Assembly (NCBI RefSeq): GCF_964194025.1
Contig: NC_134477.1
Location: 55,614,001-55,678,000, forward strand
Reading direction: 5' to 3'
Length of the DNA: 64,000 nt
Origin: Convolutriloba macropyga
Lineage: Eukaryota
The notes below the pieces were generated by a model. The model saw only the letters and a list, made by a program, of their open reading frames with translations. It did no database searches and was not told where the DNA came from. Shown in pieces: positions 38,137 through 50,290 of the stretch (its first letter is position 1; every line of letters starts with the position of its first letter). The position numbers were made by a program, and so were the translations under genes.

Positions 38137-38765
38137 ATGTATTAAGATAGGGTATAGCGTCTCTTCCAGGACTAGGGTCCTCCCTGATGTATTAAGATAG
38201 GGAATGAGTTTGCATGTATTAAGATTAGGTATAGCGGTCTTAATGTATTAAGATTATGTATAGGCTGCATGTATAACGATTAGGAATAGAATCTCCATGT
38301 CTTAAGATTAGGTATAGCCTCCATTTTTTAAGATTAGGTATAGCCGCCATGTTTTAAGATTAGGTTTAGCCGCCATGTATTAAGATTAGTTATAGCCTAC
38401 ACCAGGTATTAAGATTAGTTATAGTCGTCGACATGTATTAAGATTAGTTATAGCCGTCGACATGTGTTGAGATTAGTTATAGCCGTCGACAAGTTTTAAG
38501 ATTAGTTATAGCCGTCGTCATGTATTAAGATAAGTTGTAGTCGCCGACCTATTATAAGATTAATTATAGCCGCTGACATGTATTAAAATTAGGTATAGCG
38601 GTCTTAATGTATTAAGATTTTGTATAGGCTGCATGTATAAAGATTAGGAATAGAATCTCTGTATTAAGATTAGGTATGGCCGCTATGTATGAAGGTTAGT
38701 TATAGCCTGCACCATGTATTAAAATTAGTTATAGCCGTCGACATGTATTAAGATTAAGTATAGGA
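38137..38765 (+). repeat. Subterminal tandem repeats, ~25-30-bp unit
   Basis: atgtattaagattagttatagccgtcgac variants. Related arrays lie at 39355-39637 and, inverted, at 62785-63080. Confidence 0.95.
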
Positions 38766-39193
38766 TCAGGGTTATTTTTTGAAAAATTGTTGAGATTTTT
38801 ATACAATTTTGCATCCTTTTTGCTTTTCAAGCTAAATTTTGGCCAAATACTTGATTCTGATTGGTTGAAAATACCAGTTTAAAAAATCAAATGAGTTTAA
38901 ACAAGACAAAAACGCACACAGATTACACATTTGTCAAAAATACAATATAAAAACAAATAAATGTCATCAACATAGTACTTTACACTTTCGTCAGAGCGAA
39001 CAGTTTGCTATGTGGTGCAAGTTTTTAGCATTATAATGCAATAAAAAAATTCAAAATTACGCAAAAAAGATGTCAAACAGCATAAAATTTGCTAAATCGA
39101 ATCAAACTTTAAAAAAAATTTTACTGAAAATTAAATTTAAAAATTCACAATTTATCCTAGATGTTTTAAGATGAGCTTTAGCCGACATTAAAT

Positions 39194-39265
39194 AGCAAGA
39201 TGGCGCAGTGGTAGCGTGTTGGGCTCATAATCCCGAGGTCGGTAGATCGAAACTACCTCTTGCTA
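39194..39265 (+). tRNA. tRNA-iMet: Initiator tRNA-Met(CAT), anticodon stem mismatched
   Basis: AGCAAGA/TCTTGCT acceptor with A1:T72, CAT anticodon, GGTAG-ATCGAAA-CTACC T arm (initiator A54/A60). No adjacent T-run terminator. Confidence 0.9.
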
Positions 39266-40088
39266 ATCTGACATTGTCACAGTACTAGTGAACTCGTAAT
39301 CGCTCATAACTTGGAAAAATGTCAAATAATAGAAAAGCAAATGAACTAAAAAAGTTATAGCGTCTTTTTTTAGGATTTGGGTCCTTCCTAATGTATTAAG
39401 ATAGGGAATGAAATTGCAAGTATTAAGATTAGGTATAGCGGTCTTAATGTATCAAGATTATGTATAGGCTGCATGAATAAAGATTAGGAATAGAATCTCC
39501 ATGTAATAAGATTAGGTATAGCCTGCACCATGTATTAAGATTAGTTATAGTCGTCGACATGTATTAAGAATAGTTATAGCCTTCAACATGTATTAAGGTT
39601 AGTTATAGCCGTCGACATGTTTTAAGATTAAGTATAGAATCAGGGTTACTTTTTGAAAAATTTTTGAGATTTTTGTACAATTTAGCCTCCTTTTTGCTTT
39701 TCAAGTTAAGTTTTGATCACAAACTTGATTCTGATTTGTTGAAAATACCAGATTAAAAAATCAAATGAGTTGAAACAAGGCAAAGGCACACACAGGTTAC
39801 ACATTTAGCAAATATGCAAAAAAACAGTATAAAAACAATTAAAAGTGATCAACGAAAGAAAAGGTGACTAGTACTATAGAAGTTTTGTCAGAGTGAACAG
39901 TTTAATATGTCGTGCAAGTTTTTAGCATTAAAATACAATAAAAAGCTCAAAATTACGCAAAAGTGATGTCAAACAGCATAAAATCTGCTAAATCAAATCA
40001 AACTTTACAAAATTTTTACTGAAAACTAAATTCAAAATTTCACAATTTATCATAGATGTTTTAAGATGAGGTAGAGACAACATTAAAT

Positions 40089-40160
40089 AGCAAAATGGCG
40101 CCGTGGTAGCGTGATGGGGTCATAACCCAGAAGTTGGTAGATCGAAACTACCTCTTGCTA
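40089..40160 (+). tRNA. tRNA-iMet: Initiator tRNA-Met(CAT) copy, mutated (likely pseudogene)
   Basis: Same fold as 39194-39265, with an acceptor mismatch, A14>C in the A box and an altered anticodon arm. Confidence 0.85.
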
Positions 40161-41089
40161 ATATGACATTGTCACAGTACTAGTGAACTCGTAATCGCTC
40201 ATAACTTGGAAAAATGTCATATAATAGAAAAGCAAATGAAATAATTGAAAAATAACAGACACAGTATAAACTAAGCGCATTAAAATACATACTCAATCTA
40301 AGATTTACATTGAAAAATTATCAAGAAACTGAAAACTGAGGCACAATTACCCGAGTGGGTTAATAAAGTCGATAAAAAGAACAATTTGCGTAGATAACTG
40401 AGTAATAGTCACAATTCATTAGTCAGCATGATCCGTTTATTCTGTTTTCTGCACTAAATTAACATAGAAACAGGAGAACTACTACCCGCACTCAGAAAAC
40501 TAGTCTTAAAACGTGTTTAGTCGATTAGCTGGTCAGAATCTATGCTAAATATTTAGGAAAATGTTAATTTTATCAATTTAATGTATTTTGTGTCGTACAG
40601 CGCTCTTATCTATATGTTCTAAATGTACTAAGTTAAATACTTGATTCTGATTAGTTGTAACTACTGATCTTCATAAAATATATAAATTAAACCAGTACAA
40701 ATATAGAGAGCTTATAGTATGAGCAAAATTCAATGTAAAAACTACAGAATACAGATCAACAACTTATAAGTGCAATATAAATTTCGTCAGAGTGAACAGA
40801 TTGTTATTTGATGCAGATTTTCTCAATTATTATACAATGACAAAGCTCAAAATTACGCAAAACTGATATCGAATGGCATAAACTCTACTAAATTGAAGCA
40901 AACTTGAAAACTTTCAATTCTTTACTAAAACGAATAAAAAAGAAAAATTTTAATTTCACCCATCAAATTTAACCAATTTTGTTACAAATTAAAGACGATC
41001 GGAAAAAGACAGCTGAAAGACTAGTACACACAATTTCTTGTCAGCTAGTACAAAATGAGTTGATTCGAAACAAATTTTGTGAAGAAATG

Positions 41090-41630
41090 TGGCTCTCCAC
41101 GAGAATTTCTCAGGACAGGCAATGAAAGCAAAGGCTTTGCGCGCCCAGATCAATCATTCGTCTGCGTGATACAGCTGAGCTCGCAAAATCTAACAGAAGA
41201 AGTACAAAACTCATACAATAATCGTTGCGTATGGCATAAAATTTGTCTGTTCGAAGCATAAAATCTGTAAAAATTATAACTTGTTTTACAAAATCTCCCG
41301 GGAAAATCAAAAAACGATAGGTACTTGCCTACCAAATTCAACAAATTGTTCTTGAGACTAGACTGTCGACAAAAAGTTAGAGGAAAAGTGCTAAAACATT
41401 TCATGTCAATTAACAAGGTCTGGTAGTATTTTGGATACAGAGCAATGATAATTTTGTCTTCTTGCTACCGTGTTTAATCTGTTATATAGATAAGAAATTT
41501 CGGAGACAACTAAACTTTTATCAATTGATTACCAACGCAGAAACAAAAAACTAATGTCTGTTTTATAAAAGATTTTTAAGTAGAACGATTTTAGGTATCA
41601 AGAATGAACAATCTTCCAATTGATATTCTA
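41090..41630 (+). pseudogene. Decayed Polinton-type (retroviral-like) integrase
   Basis: Frameshifted pieces REFLR..GFAR/INH/CV/DTAELAKSNR, LSVRSIKSVKIITCFTK, VDKK and RMNNLPIDI recall the Polinton integrase pattern FAR.INEIW..DLA..LAK.N, WVDKG.EF, M.P.DV. Confidence 0.45.
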
Positions 41631-42299
41631 TTCTAGCTAAAAACAAGTAAAATTGATGAAAATTAGCTTTATTTTTGTTCAAGCTAGCCTAACAACAAAA
41701 TCATTGAAATGAAATGTACATACTTATTTCAAACTGTTAAGATAAACCAAGACAAAAATATTCCTACAATTGAGGATTTCGAATCAATTAAAATATCTTT
41801 AGCAGAATCCTAACATTTTTTCTTAGGTAATTTTTCTCTCCTTGACTGCTGCCAATAGTCTGATTCCAGCCAAATTTTAACATTAGTTTACAATAATAAT
41901 GTTAAAATTACTTGTTTTCAATGTTAGGCGGCAAAGGACGCTGAAAATTTACTAAATCAGTTAACAAAATAATTTAAGAATAAAATATAACAATAATTTT
42001 TTTTACAAATGCAACCAATCGACTATATGAAACTCATTTTCTTACAGAAATACTCACTAGCACTACTCAAAGCAGTTAACACCTAAATTTCGTAGTATAA
42101 AAAAATGTTATTGATAAATATATAATTAGATATCAATAAAAGTCAAGAACAACTATTGAAAACAATATTTTGCTAAAATTATAATGTCAACAGCAAAATC
42201 ACAATGTCAACAGCAAATCTTTTGTGTTAATTTATTGAGAAACTCAAATTGTCTCTGAAATGTCAAAAAAGCCTACCATAATCAGCGACTACTCATCCT

Positions 42300-42656
42300 C
42301 TAGAAAGATTGCAAGGATCGCCAATAGAGGGAAGCACTAATCACCCTATCTCTGTTTTTATCCAGTTCTTGTGATCCATATAGTTTAAAAGCCAACGTCT
42401 CCAATATCGAAAGATAGTCCCGGTCAAAATTCTCTGACTCATGAAATTTTGTAAGTTGTTCCATCTGTTTGTTTTCGTTTTCTTCCACTGATTCATTATT
42501 CTTCCTCGGAAGTTGCTGAGCAGGAAAGGAATAGGGAAAATTTTCCAACCGCATAGTTATATGCGTATTGTTCTTTGTTGTATAATTCTTAGAAAATTGA
42601 ATATTTACTCTTCTTCGTAAAGAATTCAGAATATACGAGAAAAGATAACGTCTCAC
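42300..42656 (-). CDS. Hypothetical element-borne protein (broken paralogs in each 1181-bp unit; inverted copy at 59857-60285)
   Basis: 118-aa ORF. The motif ETLAFKLY(G/R)SQEL recurs five times in the window. Confidence 0.4.
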   Translation of the reverse strand: MRRYLFSYILNSLRRRVNIQFSKNYTTKNNTHITMRLENFPYSFPAQQLPRKNNESVEENENKQMEQLTKFHESENFDRDYLSILETLAFKLYGSQELDKNRDRVISASLYWRSLQSF

Positions 42657-43199
42657 TGATGAAGAGTTTTATGGTTAATCTTGTTATATTTAGCAATCAA
42701 ATTTTGAACTTTCAGCATTTCAATGTGAGATTCAGCAAAAAAGTCATTCATTTCAAGATGAATTGATTAAAGCCTAAGAACAACGCTGAACAACTTAATC
42801 TTTAAGATGAGTTTAGTAAAATTGACTTAAACTGCGGAGCAACTCAATCTGAAAAAACAGGAAGTGTAATGATTTACGCTACCATGTAGTTTTGGGATCC
42901 TCGACGATGACTCATCACTTCCATATATGGAAATGACATCTTTTCTATTTTTAGAAACGAGCATCATGTTAGAACTTTCTAGAAGGCTGCAATTAACCAG
43001 ATTGCAACATTTCTTCATATAGTTAACTAATTTTTAGTTTAAAGGTAATACATTTAGTTATTTCATTCCGTGGCAAAAAATTCGAACTTTGCCTTTTTTT
43101 CTCATTTTCTTCTCACTCATATTTGTTGAACTGTACATGAATTTTCCTTTCCTACACAAATTATTTCACCAAAAAAAGCAACAGAAAATTTTGAATATA

Positions 43200-46100
43200 T
43201 GTAATCCAGTTTTGTGTATCTCAAGGATTGATAAGCTGCCAAGGATTGATTGATAAGCTGCCAAAAGTCTGACTCCAGCAAAAATTTAACATTAATTCAC
43301 GCTAATAATGCTTAATATCACTTGTTTTAAATGTTAGGCGGCAAAAGACGCTGAAAATTCACTAAATCAGTTAACAATATAATTTAAGAATAAAAAATAA
43401 CAAAAATTTTTTTTACAAATGCAACCAATCTGCTATATGAAACTCATTTTCTTGCAGAAATACTCACTAGCACTGCTCAAAGCAGTTAACACCTGAAATT
43501 CGTAGTATAAAAAAATGTTATTGAAAATTATATAATAAGATATCAATAAAAGTCAATTACAACTATTGAAAACAATATTTTGCTAAATTTAGAGTGTCAA
43601 CAGCAATATCACAAAGTCAACAGCAAATTTTTTGTGTTAATTTTTTGTAAATCTCAGTTTGTCTTTGAAATGTCAAAAAATCCTACCATAATCAGCGACT
43701 ACTCATCCTCTAGAAAGATTGCAAGGATCGCCAATAGAGGGAAGCACTAATCACCCTATCTGTGTTTTTATCCAGTTCTTGTGATCCATATAGTTTAAAA
43801 GCCAAGGTCTCGAATATCGAAAAATAGTCCCGGTTGAAATTTTCAGACGCATGAAAATTTGTAATTTGTTCCGTCTGTTTGATATCACTTTCTTCCACTG
43901 ATCAATTATCCTTCCTCGGAAGTTGCTGAGCAGGAAAGAAATAGAGAAAATTTTCCAAACCCATAGTTATATGCGTATTGTTCTTTGTTGTGTAATGCTT
44001 AGAAAATTGAATATTTACTCTTCTTTTTAAAAAATTGAGAATATACGAGAAAAGATGACTCACCACTTCAATATATGGAAATGACATCACTTCTATTTTT
44101 AGAAACGAGCATCATGTTAGAACTTTCTAGAAGGCTGCAATCAACCAGATTGCGACATTTCTTCATATAGTTAACTAATTTTTAGTTTAAATGTAATACA
44201 TTTAGTTAGTTTATTCCGTGGCAAAAAAATTCGAACTTTGCCTTTTTTGCTCATTTTCCTCTCACTCATATTTGTTAAACTGTACATGAATTTTCCTTTC
44301 CTACACGAATTATTTCACCAAAAAAGCAACAGAAAAATTTCTCTGTAAAAACTACTGATTCTTCTTGTATTTTGAATATAAGTATTCCGATTTTGTGTAT
44401 CTCAAGGATTGATAAGCTGCCAAGGATTGATTGATAAGCTGCCAAAAGTCTGACTCCAGCAAAAATTTAACATTAATTCACGCTAATAATGCTTAATATC
44501 ACTTGTTTTAAATGTCAGGCGGCAAAAGACGCTGAAAGTTCACTAAATCAGTTAACAATATAACTTAAGAATAAAAAATAACAAAAATTTTTCTTACAAA
44601 TGCAACCAATCTGCTATATGAAACTCATTTTCTTACAGAAATACTCACTAGCACTGCTCAAAGCAGTTAACACCTGAAATTCGTAGTATAAAAAAATGTT
44701 ATTGAAAATTACATAATAAGATATCAATAAAAGTCAATTACAACTATTGAAAACAATATTTTGCTAAATTTAGAGTGTCAACAGCAATATCACAAAGTCA
44801 ACAGCAAATTTTTTGTGTTAATTTTTTGTAAATCTCAGTTTGTCTTTGAAATGTCAAAAAATCCTACCATAATCAGCGACTACTCATCCTCTAGAAAGAT
44901 TGCAAGGATCGCCAATAGAGGGAAGCACTAATCACCCTATCTGTGTTTTTATCCAGTTCTTGTGATCCATATAGTTTAAAAGCCAAGGTCTCGAATATCG
45001 AAAAATAGTCCCGGTTGAAATTTTCAGACGCATGAAAATTTGTAATTTGTTCCGTCTGTTTGATATCACTTTCTTCCACTGATCAATTATCCTTCCTCGG
45101 AAGTTGCTGAGCAGGAAAGAAATAGAGAAAATTTTCCAAACCCATAGTTATATGCGTATTGTTCTTTGTTGTGTAATGCTTAGAAAATTGAATATTTACT
45201 CTTCTTTTTAAAAAATTGAGAATATACGAGAAAAGATGACTCACCACTTCAATATATGGAAATGACATCACTTCTATTTTTAGAAACGAGCATCATGTTA
45301 GAACTTTCTAGAAGGCTGCAATCAACCAGATTGCGACATTTCTTCATATAGTTAACTAATTTTTAGTTTAAATGTAATACATTTAGTTAGTTTATTCCGT
45401 GGCAAAAAAATTCGAACTTTGCCTTTTTTGCTCATTTTCCTCTCACTCATATTTGTTAAACTGTACATGAATTTTCCTTTCCTACACGAATTATTTCACC
45501 AAAAAAGCAACAGAAAAATTTCTCTGTAAAAACTACTGATTCTTCTTGTATTTTGAATATAAGTATTCCGATTTTGTGTATCTCAAGGATTGATAAGCTG
45601 CCAAGGATTGATTGATAAGCTGCCAAAAGTCTGACTCCAGCAAAAATTTAACATTAATTCACGCTAATAATGCTTAATATCACTTGTTTTAAATGTCAGG
45701 CGGCAAAAGACGCTGAAAGTTCACTAAATCAGTTAACAATATAATTTAAGAATAAAAAATAACAAAAATTTTTCTTACAAATGCAACCAATCTGCTATAT
45801 GAAACTCATTTTCTTACAGAAATACTCACTAGCACTGCTCAAAGCAGTTAACACCTGAAATTCGTAGTATAAAAAAATGTTATTGAAAATTACATAATAA
45901 GATATCAATAAAAGTCAATTACAACTATTGAAAACAATATTTTGCTAAATTTAGAGTGTCAACAGCAATATCACAAAGTCAACAGCAAATTTTTTGTGTT
46001 AATTTTTTGTAAATCTCAGTTTGTCTTTGAAATGTCAAAAAAACTACCATAATCAGCGACTACTAATCCTCTAGAAAGATTGCAAGGATCGCCAATAGAG

Positions 46101-46780
46101 GGAAGCACTAATCACCCTATCTGTGTTTTTATCCAGTTCTTGTGATCTATATAGCTTAAAAGCCAAGGTCTCAAATATCGAAAGATAGTCCCGGTTGAAA
46201 TTTTCAGACGCATGAAAATTTGTAATTTGTTCCGTCTGTTTGTTATCACTTTCTTTCACTGATCAATTATCCTTTCTCTGAAGTTGCTGAGCAGTTAAGA
46301 AATAGAGAAAATTTTCCAAACCCATATTTTTATGCGTATCGTTCTTTGTTGTGTAATGCTTAGAAAAATGAATTTTTACTCTTCTTTTAAAAAAATTGAG
46401 AATATACGAGAAAATATGACTCATCACTTCCATGTATGGAAATGACATCATTTCTATTTTTAGAAAGGAGCATCATGTTAGAACATTCTAGAAGGCTGAA
46501 ATTAACCAGATTGCGACATTTCTTCAAATAGTTAACTAATTTTTAGTTTATATATAGTACCTTTAGTTAGTTCATTCCGTGGAAAAAAATCGAACTTTGC
46601 CTTTTTTTCTCATTTTCCTCTCACTCATATTTGTTAAACTGTACTTGAATTTTCCTTTCCTACACAGATTATTTCAACCAAAAAAAACAACAGAATTTTT
46701 TTTTCAAAAATTACCAATTGTTCTAGTATTTTGAATAGATGTAATCCAAACTTGTGTATCTCGAGGATTGATAAGCTTTA
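43200..46780 (+). repeat. Three tandem ~1181-bp units, plus a diverged partial unit at 41845-43200
   Basis: aaggattgataagctgcc anchor at ~43223, 44404 and 45585, with a partial match at 46763. Confidence 0.97.
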
Positions 46781-47055
46781 CTGTCTGAGATCAAATATAT
46801 TTTTATTGAAAATAGAAAAAATCGCATAAATGTGGTTTTAAAACAACCACAGAGAGATCAAGAAAAAGTTTCCATCTATTATTGAAGAACAATTTTACGT
46901 TGTACAACTTAACGTTGTTGTAATAGAACCTCCCATCCAGTTAGACTTCAGTTTTTGAATCTAATTCTCAAGATAAACGAAATCATTTTATGCATTGCTT
47001 TCTCTATTTTGATTTTTTTTAATATCAACAGGGTTTTACTTGATACTTTATTCAT

Positions 47056-47720
47056 TTGTCAAAAATGTTGATCAAGAATCACGTACAACTTTTGGAAAAA
47101 ATATACAAAAGGAAGGACGGAATCCCTGATGCTTACAGAGTAGACGAAATTGATGTTGATTCTTACTTCTTTTACAATTTTTTGGACGTTTTTCTCAAAC
47201 AACAGAATCATCCGATTTTAAAGGATTTGAATATGCGACCTTCTCCATCGAAGAATTCGAGTATGATTACGAGTATGATTCGAGTATTCGAGTATGATTC
47301 GAGTATGATTATGACTACATAACAAAACAATCTTTCGTTTTATCGTCAGAACTACACATCAACAAGTATGAAATGCTTTTAATATTGAATTTTGTCCCAG
47401 AAATTATGCAACAATACAGAAATCTGTCTCAGTCTAATTTTATACCAACTCCCCAACCAGTAACCAGTAGTTCATCTCTGCAGAGGGCTCTGTTCTTTCA
47501 TTATTACAAGGACTACAATGAAGAGGGGGAGAGAGTACGATTTGGAATACGACTCCCCAACATTTATATATAAAAATTTAGTTGCAAATTTGGAACATTT
47601 TGCGAGTTAGATTTGAGATTTAACAAGATGAAGAGAATTTATCAAAGCTTGACTGTTTTGGTCAATTACGTCAACTCATTTCCTCTAACTTATCCATCTT
47701 TGGCTGTTAATTAGGATAAC
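47056..47720 (+). pseudogene. Frameshifted hypothetical ORF; inverted paralog at 59090-59660
   Basis: EIDVDSYFFYNFLDVFL and YEMLLILNFVPEIMQQYRNLS..RVRFGIRLPNIYI are shared between the arms. Confidence 0.5.
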
Positions 47721-48052
47721 ACGTGAAAAAGCTGCCTTTTTAGTCCATTATTCAGTATTGAGCTTACCTGTTTCGTTTAGTATTGTTAGATTTTCTATGA
47801 GTTGATTCCTTCTTTGGTAACTTCAGAACTGATGCATTTCTTTTTCTGGATAAAAACGTCACTTTTTCTGCTAAAAATTACCCTTTTTGCAAACTTTGTT
47901 CTCATTGGTTGCAGTTTAGTATAAATAGAGCTGAAAAACTCAACCAACATCACTTGTTTTCTCTTCTCTTCAAACAACATTACCTCTGTCTCAACTACCT
48001 TTGACTCTAATCCTTCTTCTCATCTCAACACATTGAGAAGTGGAATTTACAG

Positions 48053-48227
48053 ATGCAGAACAACACCCTTCTCTACTCAGTTCCTTTCACAGAGGGGACT
48101 GCTCGGATAAGCATCAGAGACTTGTCGAATGGGCTCTACGGGTCTGTTGTAACCATGCCTTTTACAGTGTGGCACATTAATGAGCACCAGCGACAACAGT
48201 TTGACACATATCATCAAGGACAGGTTC
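48053..48227 (+). CDS. N-terminal 58 aa of a 239-aa ORF interrupted by the nested Gypsy
   Basis: Joins in frame to 55594-56138 once the element and one TSD copy are removed. The empty-site paralog reads QGQVPITE at 58547-58570 (minus). Confidence 0.75.
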
Positions 48228-49954
48228 TGTCGTACTCTATTTAAATAGAGTTGCTACTCGCGATGCGGGTGCCTTTACTATTGCTTAAATTGCGATTAGC
48301 AGAGCAAAATCTTCACTTGAGTATTTTGTGCTTACTCGAGGAGCGGAATTACAAAAAGAATTGTTCAACTAGCATTGAATTGCGAAAGAAACTTGAAGAA
48401 TGAACTGAAGTGCTTATATGCAAATCCAGTATTTAAGGGCATCATATAAAAATGTACTGCATCAAATTAATAACAAAGGATGATATCCTTAGGTATCACA
48501 TGCCCCTTGGATCGACAAACAAAATAGTGACAATAACAATCTTCGTATGTATAAAATAATAACAATTTTTCCAAATTAATACTTAGTTCCCGGTTAAATA
48601 AATAGTAACAATATATGTACTGGTTATCAAAACTAGAAAATAGATGCTGTTAAACTAGAAAGTTCGTGAATAAATCATTTTGAATTAGAGTTCAGTTTCT
48701 ATTCTTGTCACTCATCCATATCTTGACCTTCAGCTTCAAATTGTCATGGAGTATACCAGCGTCGGGGTATCGATATCCAAAAGTGATGATGACGCGGTCG
48801 GGTTACGAAACTTCTCCTATTCTTGGGGAGATGTTGATTTCCGCCGGCTGCTGGTCTGCAATGTGTTGCACCGTTTCAACAACTGACTAAAATGGGGCAG
48901 GTAATTCTCAATGTCACCCGCTCTGCGTGTACGTTTGGGAGGTGCTGCGATCGTCGAATCGGGTGATGAATCTTCGAAACCGTAATAGGAGGGGCTGCGA
49001 CGATTTCTGTCCGACGATGTTTGTGGCTGTTTAGCGGCTGTCGAATGGGCTCTACGGGTCTGTTGTAACCATGCCTTTTACAGTGTGGCACATTAATGAG
49101 CACCAGCGACAACAGTTTGACACATATCATCAAGGACAGGTTCTGTCGTACTCTATTTAAATAGAGTTGCTACTCGCGATGCGGGTGCCTTTACTATTGC
49201 TTAAATTGCGATTAGCAGAGCAAAATCTTCACTTGAGTATTTTGTGCTTACTCGAGGAGCGGAATTACAAAAAGAATTGTTCAACTAGCATTGAATTGCG
49301 AAAGAAACTTGAAGAATGAACTGAAGTGCTTATATGCAAATCCAGTATTTAAGGGCATCATATAAAAATGTACTGCATCAAATTAATAACAAAGGATGAT
49401 ATCCTTAGGTATCACATGCCCCTTGGATCGACAAACAAAATAGTGACAATAACAATCTTCGTATGTATAAAATAATAACAATTTTTCCAAATTAATACTT
49501 AGTTCCCGGTTAAATAAATAGTAACAATATATGTACTGGTTATCAAAACTAGAAAATAGATGCTGTTAAACTAGAAAGTTCGTGAATAAATCATTTTGAA
49601 TTAGAGTTCAGTTTCTATTCTTGTCACTCATCCATATCTTGACCTTCAGCTTCAAATTGTCATGGAGTATACCAGCGTCGGGGTATCGATATCCAAAAGT
49701 GATGATGACGCGGTCGGGTTACTAAACTTCTCCTATTCTTGGGGAGATGTTGATTTCCGCCGGCTGCTGGTCTGCAATGTGTTGCACCGTTTCAACAACT
49801 GACTAAAATGGGGCAGGTAATTCTCAATGTCACCCGCTCTGCGTGTACGTTTGGGAGGTGCTGCGATCGTCGAATCGGGTGATGAATCTTCGAAACCGCA
49901 ATAGGAGGGGCTGCGACGATTTCTGTCCGACGATGTTTGTGGCTGTTTAGCGGC
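48123..49954 (+). repeat. 916-bp tandem duplication spanning flank, 3' LTR and internal 3' sequence
   Basis: tgtcgaatgggctc at 48123 and 49039. The two copies are nearly identical. Confidence 0.95.
48228..48500 (-). repeat. 3' LTR (273 bp; duplicated at 49144-49416)
   Basis: tgtcgtactc...gtatcaca. Confidence 0.95.
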
Positions 49955-50290
49955 AGTTGTAGCTGCAGAAAAGTTGTTGGTTGTTCGCTATGCGAAACAG
50001 TGCTCTCTTCTTGCTGCTGATTGCGAATAGCAAGAAAGTTGTGGATTTTTGGAATCCGCCCTCGCATCGCGTGTGAAATGTTAGACTTTAAAGAGGAGAC
50101 CCCGCTTCCCGGATCATATTTGCGGTGCGTCATCTTCTTGTCACCTTTTTGCTTCCCGGTAAACTCTTTAATATGGCTTTGGATTAATTCCTCCACAAAT
50201 TTACCCAGATCGTGGTCCTCTACGGTCCGCGTATGTTTTTAATGGAGTTCGCCGCTCCAGTTGTGTCCCGAAATTAGCTATGTCGCTATT

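Noticed and set aside
38137-38765. CRISPR-like appearance of the ~29-bp repeats
   Set aside because: The units are head-to-tail without unique spacers, there are no cas genes, and the context is eukaryotic TE DNA.
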